Shown: positions 35,430 through 45,830 of the stretch, one piece after another
Position numbering within the stretch: the first letter of the stretch is position 1
How the letters are laid out: each line of letters starts with the position of its first letter
From: Leptogorgia sarmentosa
Lineage: Eukaryota
Direction: 5' to 3'
Assembly: GCA_964658305.1 (NCBI GenBank)
Contig: OZ210885.1
Coordinates: forward strand, 24,986,001-25,050,000
DNA length: 64,000 bases
Notes under the pieces: model-generated
The model's database searches: none
The model's input: the letters and a program-made list of their open reading frames with translations, nothing else
Told to the model about the DNA's origin: nothing
Position numbers and translations under genes: made by a program

Positions 35430-36059
35430 ATGTCGTCTCGAAAGGTATTGAACAAATATGTGAACGTTTATTTTCATTGCCCGAAAATGTGGGGATATTT
35501 TCCTGCCAAGCAAAATGTAGCAGGATACGGCAACGTTTATCCATTTCGTGGGGTCAAGTGGCAAATAGGGTTGCCCATTGAAGCCGACCCACGCACCCGT
35601 AAAATTAAGGAAAATGCAGATGGCACTTTTCAAATATTCTCGTTGACAAAAAATGCGGTGGATTGGAATGAACGTAAGATTATACATAAAATTGACATCG
35701 CATTGAAAAAAAATATTGTTGAGGAATTTGATGAATGTCTACAATTTGGCGTTGTTAGAGTGAAAAAAAGTATTTTTAGTACTAATGGCTCCAATAAGTT
35801 GCGCGACAAAACACGTTTTTGGAGTGAAGACAAACGCCAATTAATCACAGGTGTTGAAAATGCTACGTTTAGTAAGTCTGTCATTTTAGACAATTTAAAC
35901 TACGATTTGTCAGCTGATGATGATTTGGTTTTATTTCAAAATGTTGCGTTTGTCGGTCTAAACTTTAAATTGGCTGACTACAGAATGTTCGCTTATGCTA
36001 CGAAGCCTTTTTCGATTTATGACATAACAATTGTTTACACGCTTGGCGCAATTATATAG
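35430..36059 (+). CDS. Viral accessory protein of unknown function
   Basis: Intact ~209-aa ORF from ATG MSSRKVLN. Confidence 0.55.
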   Translation: MSSRKVLNKYVNVYFHCPKMWGYFPAKQNVAGYGNVYPFRGVKWQIGLPIEADPRTRKIKENADGTFQIFSLTKNAVDWNERKIIHKIDIALKKNIVEEFDECLQFGVVRVKKSIFSTNGSNKLRDKTRFWSEDKRQLITGVENATFSKSVILDNLNYDLSADDDLVLFQNVAFVGLNFKLADYRMFAYATKPFSIYDITIVYTLGAII

Positions 36060-36608
36060 AAAATAGAATATTGGGTTAGCTATATTTGGTCGTGCAAACG
36101 GAGTAGCTAGCTATAATTCAAAATTGGTTTGAAGCAAAGCTAAGTCTTCAGTGTATACTGACTGGATTACATGAATTGCGATGTATTTGTTCTACTGATT
36201 GTGCGTGTGTCATCTCGAACATAGACCGATATAATAATAAGCTGCGCGACCACATGCCGATATTATATAGCCTATATTTTGGAGTCTGAGACGTAATGAA
36301 GATTTCAAATTCAATGGACGGTGGAAAAACGTCAAAATTTCCTCTGTTTTAAGCAAGAGGCAAAAAAGTATTTAAGGAATATAGGTTGAGAGGTTCCTTG
36401 TCAGTTTATATTGCCAAGATAGCGAGCTACTAGCTACAACCACGAAAATGGAACACACTTTCACAACTTAATTGTGAATGTCGTGACGATTAAATTAGCT
36501 CCATAGCTACTGGGTAAACATTCATTGGTAATTTACAGCTTGAATTTTAAACAACGAAAAGGGTGCAAATAATTGTTTTTTAATTAAAGAATTTTTAAGA
36601 TTTTTAAC

Positions 36609-37208
36609 ATGGATATTTGTCATTACTATGACTTGTTTAATAGACAACTCAATCAACGCACTTTTAATGATCTTAACACCTTTAGTAAGATAAAAGGAAG
36701 TGTGGCAAATTGCATCACTCATGTTATGGACTGCGAATGTTATAATGTAAATAAAACATGGTATTTGCGTGAGGTTTCAATCTTTTATATGAAAAGATTC
36801 GAACTTTATATGTATCAAATTTATTATCCCGATGACGAGGTGATTTATAATAAAACTATAGCATACCAGATTAATGTTATACATGGTTTACCCTTAATTA
36901 AAAGGAAAATTACTATGGATTTCTTTCGATATGACGAGGTTTTAATTCATCTAAGGCAACTATTTTTGGGTAATGGCAATGTTTTGGTTGGGTATAAAGG
37001 GGGTGTAGTTGAATATAATGTTGTAAACAAAATGGGTGTCAATTCAATAAATATTGAATTGTTAGGATGTCCAAACTATGAAGAACTTCTATCGAGATAT
37101 AATGTTGAACAAAAATGCTGTAAATACCACAAATCTAAATTTTTTCATTGTGCCGGTCACGAGGTTGAACTTTTTGCCCGTTTCATTAATGAAATAAAGG
37201 AAGCCTAG
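36609..37208 (+). CDS. DEDD-like 3'-5' exonuclease-family protein of the type seen in Polintons
   Basis: VMDCEC...LREVSI, IHGLP, VGYKGG, NIELLGCP and C..H.....CA..EV pattern. Confidence 0.6.
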   Translation: MDICHYYDLFNRQLNQRTFNDLNTFSKIKGSVANCITHVMDCECYNVNKTWYLREVSIFYMKRFELYMYQIYYPDDEVIYNKTIAYQINVIHGLPLIKRKITMDFFRYDEVLIHLRQLFLGNGNVLVGYKGGVVEYNVVNKMGVNSINIELLGCPNYEELLSRYNVEQKCCKYHKSKFFHCAGHEVELFARFINEIKEA

Positions 37209-37347
37209 AATATCTGTATACTCTTACGCAATTAAAAAATAATGTAATTTTGGTGTGATCAAATATCTCTCTCCCCACTCTCTTTATATATATATATATA
37301 AATACTTGCGCTATACATGCAGACGTAATCATCACTCCAACGTTAAA

Positions 37348-38349
37348 ATGTGCATACAAGCCCTTTACGAATTGCTCACTATTTTTCCTTACCATCCAAT
37401 ATTATGGAGTTTGTACTACACCTGTCGTAGTTTTTACGCAATAAAACCCACGCTAAGAGAAGAGAAAACAGTAAAAGAGTACTTTCCTGTTGACGACTTT
37501 TGGTTGAAAGGTTATATGGGGCACGTGAAAGACCTACTTGCAATCGATGATACGGACAAGAAAAATTTTCTTTGGGCTTATGCGACAATGTTGGAAGAGA
37601 CATGGGAAGATGACTTTTTTGCGAACGCACCTGTAGCATATATTATTCCTCGCGATTGGTTAAAACACATTTTAATTGAAGATGGTTATTTCCTACTGCT
37701 GCCCGTACAGTTTTGTTGTCGTCCTGTCATTAGAAGAAATAAACCCTGCGTAGTAAGATGCCAAAGTAATTATATTGATAGACGATGTTTTATCGATTCA
37801 ACGTTTTTTCATATTGGCATTAAGGAGTATTTTTCAGATATTCAGGCTCTTTACGCAGGCGTCAAGATATACTTAGGACTGAAGCAATTAAATTGTGTGG
37901 TGCGGAAGAATGCTATTCAGCACTTCCCGTTATTATTGTACATTTTAAGTGAATGTGAGAATAGTGTTATTGATTTTTGCGATTTAACTGAACATGTGAA
38001 ATACAAGGCGAAACAAGTACAAATGTATTTAAGACATATTTTAGTGTGTAAAGACTGTAATAATATTTTGTTAGAATTTTTGCAAGTATCAATTGACTTG
38101 GTAATGAACTTTGCAGCTTTAGAAATCGTTCAACAATGCTATATTGAATATGCCGAATGCGATTGTGAATACGTTGACAAGCATAGTCAATGTTGTGTCG
38201 TAGAATGTATTTTAGATGCAGATTATGACGAGTTATTAGAGCATGCTATATCAAAGGCGAGTTGCGACAATGTGCACACATTCGTATCCTTGTGCAAAGA
38301 GGTGTGCATTGCAAAACAAGCTGCGGAAGCTGAAGAAAACGGACAATAA
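37348..38349 (+). CDS. Viral accessory protein, Cys-rich (FCCRPVI motif), possible paralogue of 34571
   Basis: Long intact ORF (ATG at 37348), AATAAA at the end. Confidence 0.6.
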   Translation: MCIQALYELLTIFPYHPILWSLYYTCRSFYAIKPTLREEKTVKEYFPVDDFWLKGYMGHVKDLLAIDDTDKKNFLWAYATMLEETWEDDFFANAPVAYIIPRDWLKHILIEDGYFLLLPVQFCCRPVIRRNKPCVVRCQSNYIDRRCFIDSTFFHIGIKEYFSDIQALYAGVKIYLGLKQLNCVVRKNAIQHFPLLLYILSECENSVIDFCDLTEHVKYKAKQVQMYLRHILVCKDCNNILLEFLQVSIDLVMNFAALEIVQQCYIEYAECDCEYVDKHSQCCVVECILDADYDELLEHAISKASCDNVHTFVSLCKEVCIAKQAAEAEENGQ

Positions 38350-38360
38350 AAATAAAAAAA

Positions 38361-39020
38361 ATGATAAGTAGCAGTAGTAACGTAGATTTTGAAGAATTAA
38401 ATTGTCATGTAACCCTACCTGCGACTACATGTGAAATTAAACAGAAAAAATGTGGTAGTGGTAAAACATTCTATCTGGAAACCTTCGATCAAATCGATCA
38501 TTTATCAAATATTTTTGATGAATACTTTCCAAATTCGAAATGGCGTAGGTTTTTTGAGACACCTTCAACAAACCATGACGTTTTTACTTATTTTAAATAC
38601 ATGGTTATTGTTCAACCGAATGGCAAGAGAAAGCTTGCGGCTATTATTCAGTTTCCCACGCGAAAGACCGTGAATTCTGCAAAAAGACTGTTTGCTGATT
38701 GTTTTGGAATTTTTAAATTGTTTACATTAAAAAGAATTAAAAAGCCTTTGGTTATCGCGCATCTGAAAATGAAGGTGTTAGGGGAAATACCAAGTGTTGT
38801 GTTGGAAAAGGAAAGGACATGGAACGAGTTTAGTTTTGGCGGAGCATCGTGTTCACTTGCAAGAAAAAGTATGAAGTACCTGAGGGCTTTGTCGATTTAT
38901 GAACACTACCAGAGTGAACATTTTTGTAACGACTTACCTGGTGCTAAAGAATTATGCGAATACAAATATAAAATGATTAAATTTTACGAGAGTATGAGAA
39001 AAAATGAATTACCACCCTGA
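38361..39020 (+). CDS. Viral accessory protein of unknown function
   Basis: Intact 219-aa ORF tightly packed after the previous gene. Confidence 0.55.
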   Translation: MISSSSNVDFEELNCHVTLPATTCEIKQKKCGSGKTFYLETFDQIDHLSNIFDEYFPNSKWRRFFETPSTNHDVFTYFKYMVIVQPNGKRKLAAIIQFPTRKTVNSAKRLFADCFGIFKLFTLKRIKKPLVIAHLKMKVLGEIPSVVLEKERTWNEFSFGGASCSLARKSMKYLRALSIYEHYQSEHFCNDLPGAKELCEYKYKMIKFYESMRKNELPP

Positions 39021-39456
39021 CAATTAGTTTTTTAAATTTTTTATTCTTTCATGCGATTATGATATAAATGGATATTACTTAATGATTCGCTTAGTTCTTC
39101 GCAAACCCTCAAATGGGCGAGTTGGTACTGTTTTGTAAAAAAGGAGTGAAATTTAAAGAACTTCATGTGGGCGGACACTTTTGAAAAGCCTGAATATAAT
39201 GGATAAGACGTTATTATTTATATATAAACGCACGAAATTCAAAATTACGACGCAGCTATAATAAAATACTGTGAAACATTACGATTTGAAATAATAAATT
39301 AGTGTGTTATGCAAGTGTATAAATTTGTTGTCTCGTGAACGTGGCTACGTTTTATGTGTGCACTAACGCAGAACGAATCAATGGACAGAGAAACACATTT
39401 AAGGTAAAAACTTTATTGACATGTCTACCATCTCGTTAGATATATGTAACTACTAT

Positions 39457-39735
39457 TTATTGATAAAACATAAAATGTCTCCGTGGAAACGCACCGATTC
39501 TGTTCGGATATCCTCTAAATGAAACTATCCCTCCTTTTTGTTGCGTCTTCGCACCTCCTGATCTTTTTGTTTTTTTCATCTTGTTACCATACGCTATCAT
39601 TTTTTCCCCAATTTTGTTACGAAGATTTGACGCGTAGGACCGTAGCACTGCAGTAGATAAACCGCCTTCTTGTTTTTTTCCCCTTTGTCGACGTGTTCCT
39701 TTAAAATTACCACCTTTTTGTTTTCTCCTTCCCAT
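39457..39735 (-). CDS. Small basic core protein with QxGG protease-cleavage-like motifs
   Basis: QKGG, QEGG, QKGG and RSGG in a K/R-rich 92-aa ORF. Confidence 0.7.
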   Translation of the reverse strand: MGRRKQKGGNFKGTRRQRGKKQEGGLSTAVLRSYASNLRNKIGEKMIAYGNKMKKTKRSGGAKTQQKGGIVSFRGYPNRIGAFPRRHFMFYQ

Positions 39736-39864
39736 CGTTCATTACTAGGTGCTTTACTCTGTTAATAATGGGAAAGAGATAAAAGCCGATGAGTTTATGC
39801 ATATTTTGCAGTTAAAATAGTTATATATCTATATAAATATATATATAAAATATTTTGTACTTTT

Positions 39865-40428
39865 TTATTTTTTAGTATTTTTAACAATCATGTATAAAAA
39901 ACATGATAGAAGCGTAGCAAGAATGTACGTACTTCTCCAATAATCCTCCCCATACGAGGTAAATATTTCTTGATGTGGTTTTATTTTTTTTTTTGCCTTT
40001 AACCTAAAATGATTTCTTCCCTTCAAATACGAATTGGTTTTAAAACGAGTTCCATATGCATCATTTGCAAACCGTGCCGCAGCGTTGGTTGTGTAGTTTG
40101 CATCTATACACCTGTTGCCATTACAGATTGCGTACTTCGCTGTCTCATCACCGTACTTCTTGTCAATTTCATTTTTTGTTAATCTTCGTCCAGTATACTT
40201 CGAAATTTCCGCATTTTTTTTGAAAGGTCTTTTCCATGCAAAAAGCCCCTCGCCCGCGTTAGGAACAGTTGAGAGCTTAACCCGTAAATTATCTTGCTTA
40301 GCCAAATGAATCCAACACTTGTTCGTATGAGCTGTTTTTTTTTTACACCTCAATTCTCTTGCAGTGTTGCTTATACATTGCTGCGACTTTCTTATACTTT
40401 GTATTTGTTTTTCTTTTTTTAATGTCAT
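39865..40428 (-). CDS. SET-domain lysine methyltransferase with N-terminal C-C-C-H finger
   Basis: STVPNAGEGLFA, YTG, IDA, ARFAND, A.K.IKP.QEIFTSYG.DYW; N-terminal QC...T....RC.......KCWIH. Confidence 0.88.
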   Translation of the reverse strand: MTLKKEKQIQSIRKSQQCISNTARELRCKKKTAHTNKCWIHLAKQDNLRVKLSTVPNAGEGLFAWKRPFKKNAEISKYTGRRLTKNEIDKKYGDETAKYAICNGNRCIDANYTTNAAARFANDAYGTRFKTNSYLKGRNHFRLKAKKKIKPHQEIFTSYGEDYWRSTYILATLLSCFLYMIVKNTKK

Positions 40429-40498
40429 TGAAATAATTTAAATTAATACCATGTTCATACCCCTTTAAAATTTGTTGCGCTTGATGAAGACTCATCTT

Positions 40499-40825
40499 TC
40501 AAAATATTGTCCTTATACCCACGAACGTTGTTCTATTACGTTTTATGAAATTCACCGCAGACTCAATTTTAAATAGTCTTTCTTCTAACATCTGAACTGA
40601 ATAGGCTCTTATACATTCATCATCACAGGCAAAGTCTTTCAAACACTCTGGAAACATGTGATTTGAAAATAAAATATTTTTATCGTTATCTTTGAGATCA
40701 TACATAACTTTTGCCTTTTTATCATTTTTATTCTGAAGATAGATTTCGACGTGAACTTGGGTTGGCATCATGATAATATATAAAACTTTGTTAACAAGCA
40801 TGCACACTTTATACTCTCGCATCAT
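40499..40825 (-). CDS. Hypothetical viral protein
   Basis: 108-aa ORF co-oriented with the SET and core genes. Confidence 0.4.
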   Translation of the reverse strand: MMREYKVCMLVNKVLYIIMMPTQVHVEIYLQNKNDKKAKVMYDLKDNDKNILFSNHMFPECLKDFACDDECIRAYSVQMLEERLFKIESAVNFIKRNRTTFVGIRTIF

Positions 40826-41068
40826 TTTGAAGCTCTTCTTTTATTACTGTTTTTGAGGGAAAATGGGAAGTAAAATATGTAAAGGCGGTATTGACGACAA
40901 CCCCTTGGTTAATTTTTCAATCAGCTGTGTAAAAATAAATAATAGTGAAAATATTACTCTTGACAGAATTGACGGAAATAGAGAGGAGGAGGAAAAAAAC
41001 ACTGGTGATAGCAAAGCCGTGGACACAGGAGGGTCTCTAAAGCGTCGCCGTTGCTGTTTTATTTGAAC

Positions 41069-42770
41069 ATGGCAGAGAGGGAGCGGGTCGAAAAATACGA
41101 CTTCACTGACGACGAAATAGGTGAAATTGTACGTATTATAAATGAGGAGGACGGTATAGATATCAATATACCTGAAACAGTGTTTAATGTAGAATTTTTG
41201 CACACAAATATTCGTTTTAACCGGGACGAATCAATTTATAAGATTAATGTAAATAAAGATGCAATGCAATCATTGCCCGACTTTTTGAGCAACATCAAAA
41301 AAGTCTTTCAGTATTTTATTAATGTCGCGCGCATCATGTCTTCTTCGGGTAAGGATAAGGTTCGTTTCTATATTTCAAAGGCACCCAGAACACCTTTTTC
41401 ATCAGCTATACTAAACGTAGAGGATTTGAACGTAGAATTTTTTTACAATATTTTTGAAAAACACAAAATGCTGAAGAGGTGTTGAATCATGACTGGTCAA
41501 GCATCGTAAGCGTATTCGTTTTCCCAACCGATCTTGTTTCAAACGCTGACAAAAAAAGCATGCAGCAAAATAAACAACAACGAATATATAAATATCTAAA
41601 GAAGGATATGAAGGAAGTTGGAAGCAGCAATAATAATCGAACGGTTAAAAAGCATGGTAGGGAAATACATAAAGGAGTTTTTCAAATTCAAGCCGGTGAA
41701 CTATCAAAACAAGTTAAAGGCTGTTGCATGCCCTTAGCGTTATTAGTTGGAAAGTCATTTTTAGATAAAGATGATAAATCACGCCATTTAACCTTAAACA
41801 TGAATGTTACTTTAGATGTCTTTCGCACAGTAAAATTTGTCTATAGTGTATACAAGGCAGCCGGTGTAGGTTGTCGGAAGTGTAAAATTATCTGACGTTG
41901 ACAAGTTCCACAAAAATTATCTTTCAGAAAACAACATAGATTTGGTCGTATTTTCAAAGCAGTACTTTGATACAATTGTGTACGATTCACGTGTTGACGA
42001 AAACAACCGTTTGATGCGTCTAACAAATGACGTTATCTTTTTATGGTTAAACGACAATCATTACGACTTAATATTATCGCCAAGAGTTTTTTCTGAAATG
42101 AACTCGGCAACATTTTGTTTTAAGTGCATGAAATACTACGGTCCTTACGAATTTTCTGATTCGCATGTGTGTAATAAAAACTGCGTCGACCTGCCTAAAA
42201 TGCTTTTCAGCTACAAATTGTACTGAGGAGAATGACTTTAAGATTGAATGCAGTAATTGTCATGTGCTATTTAAGAACAGTACATGCTTTCAAAATCACC
42301 TGCTTAATAGGATTTTTAAAGGGCAGAAATCAGAAGGAGGTAAAGTAACACCCTGCCAATATATGTTCTTTTGTAAAAAATGTTAAATCACCCAACGTTT
42401 TGTTCGTATGGCGGAGACGAAAACGGTCAAACATGACTGCGGAAAGCGATTTTGTTTTCACTGTAGGAAGAACCTTAAAATAGATCATCATTGTTATGTA
42501 AAACCTTGTAAGAGCACGACAAACTCCACGCTGCCAACGTTATACTTTTTTGATTTTGAAACAAAAACTGATGAGAACGGTTTCATGATTCCATTTTACT
42601 GCGTAGTGCAAAAAGTATGCATCTTATGCAATCAAATTCCTTTCAATAAAAATTTTGAGTATTTTTACCGCACGCTACAGAATTAAACTGTGATATTTCT
42701 ATCGATCCTGTTCAGTGCTGCGGCTATCGACAATACGTTTTTGAAAAAAACAACGACAACATTGTAAGTC
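41069..42770 (+). pseudogene. N-terminal part of a second pPolB (frameshifted, truncated after Exo I)
   Basis: DKVRF, CMPLALLVG, IFLWLNDNHYDLI, FCFKC..HVC, C..C...FK...CF..H, HDCG..FC..C...HHCYVKP and LYFFDFET, colinear with element-1 pPolB. Confidence 0.85.
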
Positions 42771-43260
42771 CAGACTGCAGAGTTGGGCACTTTTCAACAA
42801 GATCTTGGGTGCGCAATATCGGCAAATCCAAGTGCGGGTGCGCGAAATACCTTGAAGTGCGCGCAATACCTTGAAGTGCGCGCCCAAGTCCGGCCTAAGT
42901 GCGCTGAAACCAAGAATATTAAATGACAACATTTATTTTGCTTTGTTGTCAATCAATGTGCGAATGCGAGCGTGCAAAATCGGAAATACTGTAGGCTGGA
43001 AAATCGGAAATATCAAACATCAACAGAGTTCACTGTTCATCCCCAACGCAGTAGGGATATATTTTTAAAAAACCTCCCTAATGTAAAAATAAAACTCTGA
43101 CTATCCCCATTTATTCCTATTACCACGTAAACATGTGCACGAGACTCGCTTGCCCACGGCACCGCACATTCGAAGCAGATTAACATATTGCAGAGGTTTT
43201 GATTTGCGCTTTGAAAATAAAAAAATGTAAAACTTTGCAACTTGCAAGTCTGAAGTCACA

Positions 43261-45830
43261 ATGTCTTGCTCCCAGTCCCAGGATGATCTTGATATGGTGG
43301 ATGTGATCGTAGAACTAGAAGAACCCGAAGGTATAGTAGATACTACATGTTGTCATGTTTAATTTATTATGAATACATTAAATCGCATCAATGATTTGAA
43401 TCTATAAATATAAATACAATAGTATTCTGTATTCACTCTCGTCTACTCTCGGCGAGCCGCGAGTGACGATGCTCGTTACATTCATCAGTGTGTTGTGTGT
43501 AGGTTAAATCAATAATCATGCCTCACATAATTTCCGATCTTGTTATTCTAGTGCATGATCAAGATCAAGATGACCGATGTTGTGTTTGTGGTGAAGAAGT
43601 TGGAGTTGCACATAAATGCACATCATGTAAACAGTATGTGCATCTTATCTGCGGTGTGCCAGACAAAGATAGTGAGGAAGGATATGGCCAAAAGCTAACC
43701 TGCTCACACTGTCTAAATTCTAGAATTGAAGGTATTTTTATTTTTTACTATAATTATATAATTTTCTCGATGATGGTTGTAAAGTCTCCTGTTATTCATG
43801 TCAACACTTCTATTTGGCAAACCAAAAGAAGATGTATGTATATTAGTTTGTGATAGATTATAATGTTGTTGTTCTACAGTAATTAAACTGTTAAAGATAG
43901 GTTACCGTCACTTCTGTGCATGTCTCTAAAACCCGAATACCTGAACTCCATTATAAATAATTATCATACAATACAAAGAAATATTATTTTTGATAACTCA
44001 GTCTCATCAACCACTTAGGCACATGACAAAAGGCTTGTGGAGCGGAGGATTATTCTATGACAAGCAGAAAACAGAGGCATTGATGAGTGGTGAAAACCAG
44101 CACTGGTATAGCCTAAAGAATGCCATGATAGAGCATGTGGGATGCAGTTCAATGCTGAGTGCTGGTCAAGAGCACTACAAAGCCAAACAGCACATACTTG
44201 CAGAGATGAAGAAGAAAAAAAGGATCACAGATATCAATACCAATCTAGTGGGTGCTGCTATTCAAGTCTGCAGAATGAAGGCTGCTGGAATGTCCTATGA
44301 AAGGATGATAGGTTTCTTATCATCCTGTGGTGCAGATGTGGGAAATATTGGTCATGGGCGGTAAGGAGATTTCTAAATGTTGTTAATACTGCAAATCTAC
44401 TGTAGTTTGTGTATTGTCACGATGGACCTGCGCAACTAGTCACTAGATTATAATTAAAATATGGTTTAATTGAATTAGCCAAAAAGATTGTTAAAGACAG
44501 ATAGACTAACTCTACATTTAATTCATAGGAACCAATTTCCAGAGATCATCTCAGCTGCATACCACTATTGTCTCATTGAGACAAAGAATTACCTGAAAGA
44601 GCCATTAGAGTCGACAGGTCTTCGTCCACATATTTCACTGGCTGTGGATAAGTCGATACCCCATCGAGAGACCAACCATGCAGTTATGATCCTGTTGCCG
44701 ATCAAAGGAAAGAGAGCGGCAGTACCAATTGATGCCCCACCGGTATATTCACTAGCGGAAGGAACAGGTGACGTTGTGGGGGGAGAAGGTCAAGACCTTG
44801 CAAGGCAAATAACAGATGTATTGAAGAAGAAGCTAGATTTCGATGAAAGTGATATGTATTATGTGAGAGGTAGATATTGTCAAATAACTCCAATAATTGG
44901 TTGCTACATATCTGTAGCATTGGCCGTTTTTATGCTTAAGTGATTTAGCAAACACAAGTACAATTTACAAATACATTATTTTACGTATTTTTCCATTTAC
45001 ATAGCTGTTCATGCTGATGGACAATACCGAGCCAAAACCTTCCAGGATGGTCTTTTTGAATTACTTGGAAGACGAGCAATCCAAGCAGCAGATCCATTTT
45101 TTCTCACTCCATGGGACGTGTCTCATTGGATGGACCTGGCGATGGGCGATTTGGGAGAGAAGGATACCTCATCCTCGTCATTCATGAAGCGTTTGATAAA
45201 GAGGGCCAACAAGTTCCATACGATGTTCCAACGTGGTCGTGGTCATGCAGAGTACCAAGGACTGGCATCATCTTTGGGTTTGAAGGGGCTGGAGACAGTC
45301 ACGTTTTCGACAACTCGTTTTTTTAGTTCATCATATGAACAGTGGCAGAAGATTTATATAAGTTACAAAGCCTTAGTAGAGAGTTTTAAGGGATATCGTG
45401 AAGACAAGGATGATGAAGAAGAAGAAACAAAGTACCAGGTCAACACTTATTGACACACAGTGTCTAAATGTATAAACACAACATTGTAAAAAAAACTAAT
45501 ACACCATTAGAGTTTTACTTAAAAATAGTTTTCGAGAGAAAGTAATGTGAAATTTGTACATAATAATTGTGATCTTGTTTTAGGTACGCGGACAAGACTT
45601 CGCAATCGACTTGTGTGGCTTGCTCGATATCTTGAAGCCAGTGATATCATTGATGATACGAAGCCAGGCCGTCAACGTCCCACCTTGGAAGATTCACGCA
45701 TGGTACACTCGGTTGAACACTCTATTGGAGGCGTTTCAGGCCAATTTACAGGATGTCGAGGATGATGAAACGCCCTCAAGTCAGCTTTTTCCAAAACTCT
45801 GGAAGCACTGGGAAGATCTGGTCCCCACCA
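43261..45830 (+). pseudogene. Multi-exon hAT-like transposase relic with N-terminal Cys/His finger
   Basis: C..C....HKC..C...VH..C finger; LAVDK, HADGQY, WDVSHWMDLA, TTRF; GT-AG introns between ORF pieces; candidate left end CAGAGTTGGGC near 42778. Confidence 0.55.

Larger units (their letters stand above)
33140..42775. mobile_element. Second, divergent Polinton-like/adintovirus-like endogenous viral segment (accessory arm plus truncated pPolB)
   Basis: Dense, apparently intronless AT-rich ORFs, QxGG core protein, SET gene and pPolB N-terminus; boundaries uncertain and right side cut by a hAT-like element. Confidence 0.7.

Noticed and set aside
39865..40428. Host SET/PRDM gene
   Set aside because: Intronless, minimal, and embedded among viral-type ORFs; treated as viral cargo.
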